A stretch of 64,000 bases of DNA from Terriglobia bacterium (GCA_963758435.1 CAVWVN010000010.1:3227-67226), one strand, 5' to 3'; shown: positions 18,443-26,564, counted from the first letter of the stretch. Notes: generated by a model from the sequence alone, not told the origin. Translations and numbers: made by a program.

Positions 18443-19093
18443 TCACAGGTGAAAGACGAGCGGTAGGTGTGGACTGAAATCCACGATCTCTTTGCGGCGA
18501 CTGCCGTCGAATCCAATTTCGAGGAGAGATTGTGGTCCTCTTTGAGTTGATAAAATTCCACTCTCGACCAATCTGTGAGACACGGTGGACTGAAGCGGTA
18601 CAGGCGTTGTGAGGGTTAGGCTCGTGATCTCTCGAATGCCCACTGCATGGTCAACGAAGTGATGTTCGCGATCAAGCCGCCGCATGAAGCTTAGGTAGAT
18701 CCACATCGGCTCCTCAAGTCCCGCTTCGCCGATATGCATCGCGAGCGGATCTGGTAGGTAGGCAGGCCGATATTCCCACCCCGGAAACGGTAACTCTTGG
18801 TCCTGAGAATCAACAGGGCGCAGGCAAATCCCGAAGGGAGAGGCCCCGCCTTCCCGACCAGACCACCGCTCCCAAAGCAGGGTGCGTCGTGGGGATTCGC
18901 TTTGAGCCTCCTTCGCATCGCTCACCCAGAGCAACTCAATCATCGCGTTCGCGAAGGCGAAGCGCCGATTCGCTGTGCCTTGTCCGGGATGTATATTTGC
19001 GGGTCCCTCACTCAAGCCAAAGCGAACAAGTTCTTCACCCTCAGGAGCGCCTGGAGCGGTGCAAAGGAATAAGTGGTCCAACTCAATATGCAT
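18443..19093 (-). CDS. glyoxalase-like (VOC superfamily, Glyoxalase_3-type) protein
   Basis: 216 aa; begins MHIELDHLFLCTAPGAPEGEELVRFGLSEG..., typical of this family. Confidence 0.7.
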   Translation of the reverse strand: MHIELDHLFLCTAPGAPEGEELVRFGLSEGPANIHPGQGTANRRFAFANAMIELLWVSDAKEAQSESPRRTLLWERWSGREGGASPFGICLRPVDSQDQELPFPGWEYRPAYLPDPLAMHIGEAGLEEPMWIYLSFMRRLDREHHFVDHAVGIREITSLTLTTPVPLQSTVSHRLVESGILSTQRGPQSLLEIGFDGSRRKEIVDFSPHLPLVFHL

Positions 19094-19354
19094 ACGAGCT
19101 AGTCTAACTGAACTCCGCTCAGCGCAGTCGATTCAGGCCTACGTGGGTGCTGTTACTACCCATACTCAAGAATCCACCCTGGCGGGTCAGGTTCGAGTCT
19201 GCCGTCCACCTTCACGCCTTGCGTTGCGGCCCAGCGATATCCTCTATCGGTCCGTACTCAGTCGCGATTTAGGGACACCTAAATATCATCTGGATGCGAG
19301 AGCAAAGCGAACTCCTTAAGAATATGCCATCGGCCAGTCTCCTTTGTGTTTCGA

Positions 19355-19403
19355 GTGCCTGTTACGGCAAAGGTCGCGCGTTCGAGTCTCCCTCTCGTCG
19401 GGA
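19355..19403 (+). pseudogene. tRNA-Asp-like 3' half (relic F), loop CTGTTAC
   Basis: GTGCCTGTTACGGCAAAGGTCGCGCGTTCGAGTCTCCCTCTCGTCGGGA. The T-arm is decayed. A further T-arm-like GGTTCGAGTC lies at about 19189. Confidence 0.4.
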
Positions 19404-19756
19404 TAACCGTCGTCGCGCCATCCTTCCAAATGACACTCTGTTCGTACCTCTTTTACACCTCTCGTTCTGTTTGCGCGAAGCCTGATGAGCGCGGCGGGGC
19501 GCGAATGAATTGCCTTGCGGCGGCAACGGCCCTGGGTTGCAGCGCCAGGCGGTGTTGGTGATCACTTCCGTATTATCGAGAATCTACTCGGAGCGCAGCA
19601 ATAGCCGCCAACCCAAGTATTTGCGTGCGACCGTGGGCAGATCTAGGTACACGGAACCTTGCGAATCGACGATTACGGGCGTACGATTCGAAGTCGGCCT
19701 ATCGCCAACTATGCGTGGGCAGATCGTTTGGTCGTTTACCGTCGACCTGGGGATCA

Positions 19757-20419
19757 ATGAAAAAGAACTTGGCATGTTCCTCAATTGGAGTGATGCTCCT
19801 CTCACTGCTGACGGCGAATATGGCAGCTGGGCAGCTGGCACCTATTTGCGTCGAGAATTCGCCCGAGCGACGAGGTGAGGTTGGATGCAGCATTATTGAA
19901 AACAAATCGCTGCCTGACGGCCTCAAGGAGCCGCTTTTTTGGCACATCGATGGCTTTGATTCCCCGGAGCGTGCCCGCACAGCAGTTGGCCCAGCAAGCG
20001 TCGCATTCGAGGCCGACGGCACGTCCTGGCTCATGACGCTTGAGTCTCAGCCCTCCAACCATCATGGTGGCCGCCATGTGGCACAGGTCGGACCTCTGCA
20101 GCTGCCACGGGCCCCGAAACTTTCGATGCAGGTCATGTCAGCGGCGCTCACGCCCGGAATGTACTCCTTGCTTCATCATCATTCCGGCGTTGAAGCGATC
20201 TATGTGATTAAAGGCGAGGCATGCTTCGAGACGCCGGCACGCGCTTTCAAGCTCCAAAAGGGCGAGACGCTCGCTCTTCCAGGCGGTACTCCGCATCGGG
20301 CCGTGGTCATCGGACCGACGCTTCGCTACGTCTTGTCGGTCATCGTCTACGACGCGGCGCAACCGCCCACAATGCGGATGGACGAAGGAACAGGGCCACG
20401 GCTCACCGCCTGCAAGTAG
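19757..20419 (+). CDS. secreted cupin-domain protein
   Basis: ATG at 19757 with signal peptide MKKNLACSSIGVMLLSLLTANMAAGQ. Cupin core HHHSGVEAIYVIKGEACFE...GETLALPGGTPHRAV. Confidence 0.7.
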   Translation: MKKNLACSSIGVMLLSLLTANMAAGQLAPICVENSPERRGEVGCSIIENKSLPDGLKEPLFWHIDGFDSPERARTAVGPASVAFEADGTSWLMTLESQPSNHHGGRHVAQVGPLQLPRAPKLSMQVMSAALTPGMYSLLHHHSGVEAIYVIKGEACFETPARAFKLQKGETLALPGGTPHRAVVIGPTLRYVLSVIVYDAAQPPTMRMDEGTGPRLTACK

Positions 20420-20684
20420 CAAATTCGGATTGTTGTACAGTGACGCTAGTGCATTCGCTATCCTGGTGGTGTTCGCGCGTTGCCGTTTATTTCTCTACAT
20501 ATTCGGTGCGAACTTTTTCGCCGCGGGACTGAGCTGTGGAAGCTACCTCGACATCCATAACGGTGCGATCGTCGCTGTGCCCTTGTTCGCATCCGCAACC
20601 GCACTCGTCTGGCGCGACGTCAGACGGCCCAGAGTGCGCGAGCGCGTAAGAACCCGTCGTATTAACTCGCTTATGTGGAGGAAC

Positions 20685-21629
20685 ATGGACTCGCATTCGA
20701 CTGGCCCGACGATAACCCGGCGTTCCCTCCTGTTGGTTGCGCCGTTAGCGTTGGCTGCGCTGCGCAGCGTCAGCGGCGCAGCGCCGCAGATCGGATTCTG
20801 TCTCGGCACATACGGCATGCGGGACCTGCCGATCGAGACGGCACTGACACTCATCGCCAGTGCCGGATATGACGGAGTCGAACTCTCGCTGATGCCGGAA
20901 TGGCAGTGCGATCCGGCGAAGATGTCGAAGGCTGACGGTGAACGGCTTCGTGCCCTGCTCCGCGAGACCCGGCTCGCTCTTCCTGCGTTGAACGATGTGC
21001 TGTTCATCACGGCCGACAGCCGCGTGCGCAATCTCGAGCGACTGAGACTCGCCGCGGACCTCGCCCACTACCTCGTGCCCAAGAGCCCGCCCGTGATCGA
21101 GACGACGCTCGGTGGCAAGACAGCGGACTGGCCTGGCTCGAGGGACTTGATCGCGGAGGAACTCCGCTCATGGACTGATCTCGCCAAACGGCACGATGTG
21201 ACGGTCTGTTTCAAGCCGCACGCCGGCCAGGCCATTCATAACTCCGCCCGCGCGCTCGAGATGCTGCGCATCGTCAACAGCCGGAGACTGAAGATCTGCT
21301 ACGACTATTGCCACATGTTCGCCGCGCCGGAGCCACTCGAAACCAGCCTCCGCACACTAGCTCCGCACATTGGATTCATCACCCTCAAGGACGCTCGCAG
21401 GACCGATACCGGCCCTGAGTTTTTGCTTCCGGGCGACGGGGATACGGATTACGCGCTCTATTTTCGACTGTTGAAGGAACTAGGATATCGGGGGTGGGTG
21501 GTTGCGGAAGTTACCTCGATGATCTGGCGCAAGCCTGGCTATGATCCTGCAGCGACTGCACGCAGAGCGTACGCGAACATCGCGCCAGCCTGGAAGGTCG
21601 CCGGTCTCGACCGCAAATCGCGCACGTAG
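20685..21629 (+). CDS. sugar phosphate isomerase/epimerase (xylose-isomerase-like TIM barrel) with Tat-type signal
   Basis: GGAGGA-N2-ATG at 20685; TRRSLLLVAPLALAAL twin-arginine signal; AGYDGVELS...KPHAGQAIHN... Confidence 0.85.
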   Translation: MDSHSTGPTITRRSLLLVAPLALAALRSVSGAAPQIGFCLGTYGMRDLPIETALTLIASAGYDGVELSLMPEWQCDPAKMSKADGERLRALLRETRLALPALNDVLFITADSRVRNLERLRLAADLAHYLVPKSPPVIETTLGGKTADWPGSRDLIAEELRSWTDLAKRHDVTVCFKPHAGQAIHNSARALEMLRIVNSRRLKICYDYCHMFAAPEPLETSLRTLAPHIGFITLKDARRTDTGPEFLLPGDGDTDYALYFRLLKELGYRGWVVAEVTSMIWRKPGYDPAATARRAYANIAPAWKVAGLDRKSRT

Positions 21630-21770
21630 GATTTCGGAACGAGGGGCAACCTTGTCCCGCGACGGCTATACTTGAAAAGCTGTAAGTGATCGGGGCACGG
21701 TTGGAGGACCTATCACAATCGCCGTCATCGCGCACGCTGCGCGGCTGTAAGTTGTTGTAAAACCGTTCAG

Positions 21771-21822
21771 GGGGCCGCTGTCGCGGCAGAAGTCGCGAGT
21801 TCGAGTCTCGTCGTCCCCGCCA
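21771..21822 (+). pseudogene. tRNA-Asp(GTC)-like 3' half (relic E), best preserved, ends in CCA
   Basis: GGGGCCGCTGTCGCGGCAGAAGTCGCGAGTTCGAGTCTCGTCGTCCCCGCCA. The T-arm GCGAG-TTCGAGT-CTCGT pairs fully. The required 5' strand GGGGACG is absent. Confidence 0.6.
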
Positions 21823-21863
21823 TTCCTTCTAAAAGGCTTGTTACGATTTCTCTGAAGCCAACG

Positions 21864-21939
21864 AGGGTGCAATAGGACACAAATCGGTGCCTTTATTGCA
21901 CCCTTTTTCGTCAATTAGAAACGTTTTCAGGTGCGCTCC
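21864..21939 (+). repeat. AGGGTGCAAT/ATTGCACCCT 10-bp inverted repeat followed by the 35-nt conserved segment
   Basis: Stem arms at 21864-21873 and 21895-21904; TTTTCGTCAATTAGAAACGTTTTCAGGTGCGCTCC at 21905-21939. Confidence 0.8.
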
Positions 21940-22172
21940 GCTGATCTCGTTGGGGTCCGCCCTGGTGGCAAATTCGTTGTTGTCGAGGGCAGGAGAAATG
22001 TATGATGCGCGAGACAGCGGTTCAAAACCGGAAATCCCGGCTAAGAGGCTTCCGTAATTGCGCACTTGATGGCCTCGTGCGCGCTGGCGGCTGCGGTGTT
22101 CGGGCGATTTCCGATCGCGGCGGCGCGGGATGTGTGGTTCTAGGCAGGCGTGGAGAGCCTCATTCTGCTCGG

Positions 22173-22334
22173 GTTGTCCAGAATCTGTTGGTGAACAAGC
22201 GCATCCATCCGGTGTATTTATATGGACTGCCGCTGCTGATGATGGGTCAACTCACGATTATGTACACGAGCTTGCACAGCCTGCCAGTGTGGATGCGCAT
22301 CGCGTACGCTATTTTCGGATATGTTTGCTTATAG
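22173..22334 (+). pseudogene. C-terminal fragment of a paralogue of membrane protein 17614..18318
   Basis: KRIHPVYLYGLPLLMMGQLTIMY... aligns with KRLIHPVYLIGVATMLTMRLILP... of the full copy. Confidence 0.5.
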
Positions 22335-22516
22335 GCCGCGGGTGAGAGCTTCTTCAACGCTGGCTGGCGAAGCTAAAGACACATACGCTAATTCTGTCAG
22401 CGGCAGATTGACTCAATAGGCCCGCGGACCGCGACGAGCGAAGATTGGAGGCACGAATGGCGCAGGTCGGGAGCGTCGCCGACGGAGCTACTTCTTCGGG
22501 CAAGACATCATCGTAA

Positions 22517-22924
22517 GGCCACTCAACGTTAGCGGTTGGGAGTTCAGGCGGGAAAGCTGCGGAGACGTGGGGGCGTTCGTTTTATTTCTTGATGTCGCTG
22601 CTGGTGATGGTGGTGGTGGCGTATGGATTCGGGCGGAAGCTCGATGAGAAATTGATTCATGCTGCGTCGCCTCGGCCGACGATCCTTTATATCCACGCGT
22701 TGTTGTTCGCGGCCTGGGTGATGTTCTACGCCGTGCAGTCGGCGCTGGTGCGGACGCGAAGGGTGAAAGTGCATAAGATGCTGGGGTGGTTTGGGCTGGC
22801 GCTGGGATCGGCAATTCCTGTTGTTGGCATTGCGACCGTGTTGGTGATGATTCGGATGGAAGTGCGACAGGGTCTGACTTTTGTTGCACCCTTCTTTCGC
22901 GATACACATCGCGATACACAATAA
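22517..22924 (+). pseudogene. N-terminal fragment of a paralogue of membrane protein 17614..18318
   Basis: FYFLMSLLVMVVVAYGFG...PTILYIHALLFAAWVMFYAVQSALVRTRRVKVHKMLG aligns with the first helices of the full copy. It is truncated after about 135 aa. Confidence 0.5.
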
Positions 22925-23050
22925 CTTTGTCTACGACGTACTTCCAATGTCTTGCAATGCCGTCCGTGCTCTTCTATGTCGTTGAAAGTACTTGTAACCC
23001 GCTAACTGTCACTGCAACGTTCTGGCGCATGCAATCGACTAGTCGACTGA

Positions 23051-23062
23051 CTTTCGAGGCGG
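23051..23062. repeat. 12-bp direct repeat (att core), right copy
   Basis: CTTTCGAGGCGG, identical to 2251-2262. Confidence 0.8.
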
Positions 23063-23090
23063 ATCGTTTCAACCACTCACGCACCTCTCC
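23051..23090 (-). pseudogene. 5' half of the split tRNA-Ser(CGA) gene: acceptor 5' strand, D-arm, anticodon 5' stem and loop
   Basis: Minus strand reads GGAGAGGTGCGTGAGTGGTTGAAACGATCCGCCTCGAAAG. It is followed by non-tRNA island DNA. Confidence 0.85.
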
Positions 23091-23096
23091 GGAAAG

Positions 23097-23188
23097 CAGT
23101 CTTCAGTCGTCGGTCTTCAGTCGTCAGGAGAAACAGATAGAATTCATTCGTCGGCCTCTGACGACTGAGGACTGGCGGCCGACGACTG
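23097..23188. repeat. two-segment hairpin built from CAGTCGT-type units, overlapping the tadA 3' end
   Basis: TCAGTCGTCAG (23116-23126) pairs with CTGACGACTGA (23157-23167). CAGTCGTCGG (23104-23113) pairs with CCGACGACTG (23179-23188). Confidence 0.7.
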
Positions 23189-23677
23189 TTCTTCCCGCCG
23201 CTGGCGGAAGAACTCCTGCAAAACTTCCGCGCAACGCCCCGCCAGAACGCCGCTGCGGACTTCCATGCGGTGGTTCAGGCTGGGATGATTCAGCACCTGC
23301 ATCACCGACCGGATGGCGCCCGCCTTGGGGTCGGCCGCGCCATAAACCAGGCGTTTCAGCCGGGCATGGAGCAGCGCGCCGGCACACATGGCGCACGGCT
23401 CAATTGTAGCAAACAGTTCGCAGCCTTCCAGGCGGTGGTTGCCGAGGGCGGCACCGGCTTCCCGCAGGGCGACGATCTCGGCGTGTGCGGTGGGATCGCA
23501 ATCGGTCAGGTTTCGATTGCCGCCGCGTCCCACGATCTTGCCATCGCAGACGACGATCGCGCCCACCGGAACCTCTCCTGCCTCGAGCGCTCGCTGGGCT
23601 GAGCGCAGAGCTTCCTCCATGAACAGTTCATCGCTGTTAGCCTGGTCAGACGAGGGAAGGGTGTCCGCGCGGCTCAA
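23144..23677 (-). CDS. tadA: tRNA adenosine(34) deaminase
   Basis: HAEIVALREAG and TIEPCAMCAGAL zinc-binding motifs. An unusual Ser/Glu-rich C-terminal tail is encoded by the hairpin arm. Confidence 0.9.
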   Translation of the reverse strand: MSRADTLPSSDQANSDELFMEEALRSAQRALEAGEVPVGAIVVCDGKIVGRGGNRNLTDCDPTAHAEIVALREAGAALGNHRLEGCELFATIEPCAMCAGALLHARLKRLVYGAADPKAGAIRSVMQVLNHPSLNHRMEVRSGVLAGRCAEVLQEFFRQRREEQSSAASPQSSEADE

Positions 23678-23681
23678 CGGT

Positions 23682-25502
23682 TTACTCCGCCGGATGGTGC
23701 TTCAGCACGGATGCAAGCAGCGGCAGGTCCGGGCGCACCGGCTGGTTGACGAAGATATATTTTCCAGCGCTTTCCGCCAGCAGGTAGCTGGAATCCGGAG
23801 GCAAGCGGGAAAGCGCGTCCTTGCGAAATTCTTCCGGAACAAAAATGAATACCCGCTCGGGTCCCTTCCAGAAGGCGGGGAACTGTTTGTCGTCCAGAAA
23901 GGTGGGCGGCGCGTCGGGATAATTCGAGCCGATCTCAAGGTTGGTGCCAAAGCGTCCGTTGTAAATCCACACGTGGCGGTGGGTGTAGAAGGGAATGCTC
24001 GAGCCCGAATTGAAATCGCCATACTGCACGATCTGGTCCTGGGGACGAAGATAGGGAAGGATGGCGTCGGCCAGCGCCCGCGATGACATGCGCGGCTCAA
24101 ACCGCTTGAAGGCCCAGTTGGCGGCAAAGAAAAATAGCGCCATGGCAAACGCCAGGGTAAGAGTGGCGGCGAAACTCTTCAAGCGCCGCCGCAACAGCCA
24201 CGCTTTTCCAAAACCGATAATGAAAATCAGGATGGCGAAAACCGCCGGACCACGCAGCGCCGCGAAAGTTTGCGGCGTCAGGTCGAAAATGTGCGCCATC
24301 GACAGCCGGTAAGTATCGAGCGGGTGATACTGGATGAGGTGCGAGATGCCGCCTTTGGACGAAACATCAAGCGACGTCAGGACCAGGTAGCCCAGGCACA
24401 CCGAGGCCAGGACTCCGATGACCGCGAGCCCGGACTGCAGGCGCGGCAACCACCGGTCGTGCATTTCTTCCGCATCGTTCAGCCCGATTCCCAGCAGGAC
24501 GGCAATCGCAGGCCAGGCGCCGAAACTGTAGTACTCCATGCGCGATCCCGAGGTCAGCGAAAAGAAAAACAGGATCAGCCCCGCCCAGATGAAAAGCAGC
24601 AGGCGTGCTTCCTGGACGTGTTCCATCTTCGGTCCCCAGGTCTTGGGCCTCGGAAACTCGCGCAGGGCATAGCCGATAAAGAAGCTCCAGGGAAAAAACC
24701 AGACCAGGTGCAGCGCCCACCACAACAGCAGGGGTACGGCTTCATAATCCGGCGGGTAGCGAGTGCCGAGGGCGCGCTTGAAATGCTCGTTGATGAAGTA
24801 AGACCAGAGAAATCCGGGCGAGCGACGTTCGGCAATCCAGTGCCAGGGCACGGCGATCACCAGGAAGATCAGAGCGCTGGAGAAAATTCGCAATTCACGC
24901 CAGCGTCCCCAGCTGCGCGTGAACAGGATGAAGAAAAACACCACGCCGAGAGGGAAGAGCACTCCGATCAAGCCCAGGGTCAGCGCGGCCAGCGCCATGA
25001 CCACCGCCGCGCCCCAATAGGCGACACGAGTGTCCAGGCTGCCCTGCCAGCCGCGCAGGAAGAGGTAGAAGAGCGCGGTCAATTGCAGCGCAAAGATGGC
25101 CTCCGGGACCATCACCCGGGTAAACAGCCATGGTCCCACGCTGGTGCATATGATCAGCCCGGAGTAAAACGCCGCCGTCTCGCCGAAAAAGCGCCGGGCA
25201 AAAAAATAGACCATCAGGACCAGTCCGGCCACCGAAAGCACTAGCGGCAGCCGGGTCTGGAAGGCCCCCTGCCCGAATAGCTTGTAGCTGACCGCCACCA
25301 TCCAGTAATGCAGCGGCGCTTTTTCGAGATAGCGGATGCCGTCCTGATACATCACCACCCAGTCGCCGCGCTGCAGCATCTCGCGTGAGACCAGCGCGTG
25401 CGAGGCGTCGGCATCGTCGAGCAACGCCGGTTGAGCGGCGGTGGCGACGTAAATTCCGAGAGACATCACGAGCAGGGTGAGGATGGAGAATCGGCGATTC
25501 AT
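23682..25502 (-). CDS. ArnT/PMT-like (GT39/GT83-type) membrane glycosyltransferase
   Basis: 606 aa, more than 10 TM helices. The first loop LLDDADASHALVSREMLQRGDWVVMYQDGIRYLEKAPLHYW is typical of this family. Confidence 0.8.
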   Translation of the reverse strand: MNRRFSILTLLVMSLGIYVATAAQPALLDDADASHALVSREMLQRGDWVVMYQDGIRYLEKAPLHYWMVAVSYKLFGQGAFQTRLPLVLSVAGLVLMVYFFARRFFGETAAFYSGLIICTSVGPWLFTRVMVPEAIFALQLTALFYLFLRGWQGSLDTRVAYWGAAVVMALAALTLGLIGVLFPLGVVFFFILFTRSWGRWRELRIFSSALIFLVIAVPWHWIAERRSPGFLWSYFINEHFKRALGTRYPPDYEAVPLLLWWALHLVWFFPWSFFIGYALREFPRPKTWGPKMEHVQEARLLLFIWAGLILFFFSLTSGSRMEYYSFGAWPAIAVLLGIGLNDAEEMHDRWLPRLQSGLAVIGVLASVCLGYLVLTSLDVSSKGGISHLIQYHPLDTYRLSMAHIFDLTPQTFAALRGPAVFAILIFIIGFGKAWLLRRRLKSFAATLTLAFAMALFFFAANWAFKRFEPRMSSRALADAILPYLRPQDQIVQYGDFNSGSSIPFYTHRHVWIYNGRFGTNLEIGSNYPDAPPTFLDDKQFPAFWKGPERVFIFVPEEFRKDALSRLPPDSSYLLAESAGKYIFVNQPVRPDLPLLASVLKHHPAE

Positions 25503-25763
25503 TGATTCATCAGAGGACGACTGCTTTGTTTACCTTTCTGTACGAGGGCCGGAAGATGAGGGTCAGAACACTTGGGACGAACTGCTAATCATAGCATCTG
25601 GCCCGGAATGTGCATTCCATAACCATGGAAGGGGTGCCTCATCCAAGCTCCGCCTGGGCAGGAGCAGGCCGGATTCCCCCCTTGCCCAGTTCGCTTACCA
25701 ATCGATGCAGCCTGCGTCAGAGTAGAAGTCCCCACCGGAACGCGGACATAAAAAGGAGATCTC

Positions 25764-26564
25764 ATGTTCACCAGGTTGGCTTGGCTCGGCTTTCTTCTTC
25801 CGTTCGCAACGCTGATCGTGTTTGCATCCTCTGCAAACGCCCAGACTTCGGTGGTGGCTCCACTCAAGATCAAGCTTGGCGATCCCTCCGTAGATGGATC
25901 GTTTCTCAAGCCTTACAAAAATGCATGGAAGGTGGTTTACGCATTTCCGGGGAAAGAACCCTTTCTGGTGGGGGTGTGGACGGATGAACTCACGGAAGTG
26001 GAAGCCGATGGGCGGCGCCTGCTCCAGCGCACTCAAATGGCGGATTACGCGAAATACAACATCGTTACTACCTACGCCAACTTATTTGACCCGAAGACCA
26101 TGTCTCCGGTCTCGATGGATTTCAAGCGTAGCGACACGGGAGAGTGGGCACATCGTGATTTCGACGGCGCCCTGGTGAAGTATCGGCGCGGAGATTCTGC
26201 CGACCCGGCCAAAACCCAGACCGGCCAGCTGAAGATGGAAGAGCCCATCTTCGACTACAACGGCGGAATGTACGGGGTTCTGCTGGCAACGCTCCCGCTC
26301 AAAGAGGGTCTCAAGGCGACCTTCCCGACGCTTTCCGAAGACCGGGACGAACTGGACTGGATCACTTTCACGGTAGGCAAGCAGGAGTTGGTGGACGCTG
26401 GACCGGGGAAGCAAGTGCTGGCGTGGCCGGTTGACACCGAAGGGAACTATGCCAACCAGAGCCACAGCATCTTCTGGGTGACGAAAGAACCTCCCTACGT
26501 GATCAAGCTGGTCACAACCATTCCAACCGGTAAGTGGGTGACGGTGACGCTCAGCATGATCTGA
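25764..26564 (+). CDS. secreted hypothetical protein
   Basis: 266 aa with a signal peptide ending SSANAQ. No confident family call. Confidence 0.6.
   Translation: MFTRLAWLGFLLPFATLIVFASSANAQTSVVAPLKIKLGDPSVDGSFLKPYKNAWKVVYAFPGKEPFLVGVWTDELTEVEADGRRLLQRTQMADYAKYNIVTTYANLFDPKTMSPVSMDFKRSDTGEWAHRDFDGALVKYRRGDSADPAKTQTGQLKMEEPIFDYNGGMYGVLLATLPLKEGLKATFPTLSEDRDELDWITFTVGKQELVDAGPGKQVLAWPVDTEGNYANQSHSIFWVTKEPPYVIKLVTTIPTGKWVTVTLSMI

Larger units (their letters stand above)
2263..23050. mobile_element. about 20.8-kb integrase-bearing genomic island inserted in the anticodon loop of tRNA-Ser(CGA)
   Basis: Bounded by the two halves of one tRNA gene and 12-bp direct repeats. A tyrosine integrase starts 226 nt inside the left end. 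The interior is rich in gene fragments and free of the REP families seen in the rest of the window. It looks more AT-rich by eye (not computed). Confidence 0.75.

Noticed and set aside
21692-21822. GGGGCACGG... at 21692 together with the ...CGTCCCCGCCA 3' end looked like a possible tmRNA or intron-containing tRNA.
   Set aside because: The span is only about 130 nt, far too short for tmRNA. There is no tag-ORF or pseudoknot pattern, and the 5' strand pairs with the 3' strand only if a base is deleted. It was treated as decayed tRNA-like debris.
22488-22947. Minus-strand ORFs with Pro/Ser/Thr/His-rich low-complexity translation (22488..22919, 22544..22921, 22726..22947).
   Set aside because: They are antisense to the membrane-protein N-terminal fragment, whose plus-strand translation aligns with the intact paralogue at 17614..18318.
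24270-25244. Long antisense or alternative-frame ORFs inside confidently called genes. Examples: 1334..2269, 24270..25244, 27653..28510, 30794..31633, 32356..33051, 33342..34262, 34629..35219, 40070..40642, 45574..46356, 52232..53485, 54074..55192, 57255..57881 and 62217..63053.
   Set aside because: These are typical high-GC shadow ORFs. They are Arg/Gly/Pro/His-rich and low-complexity, with no motifs. Each overlaps a gene on the other strand or frame that has clear family signatures.
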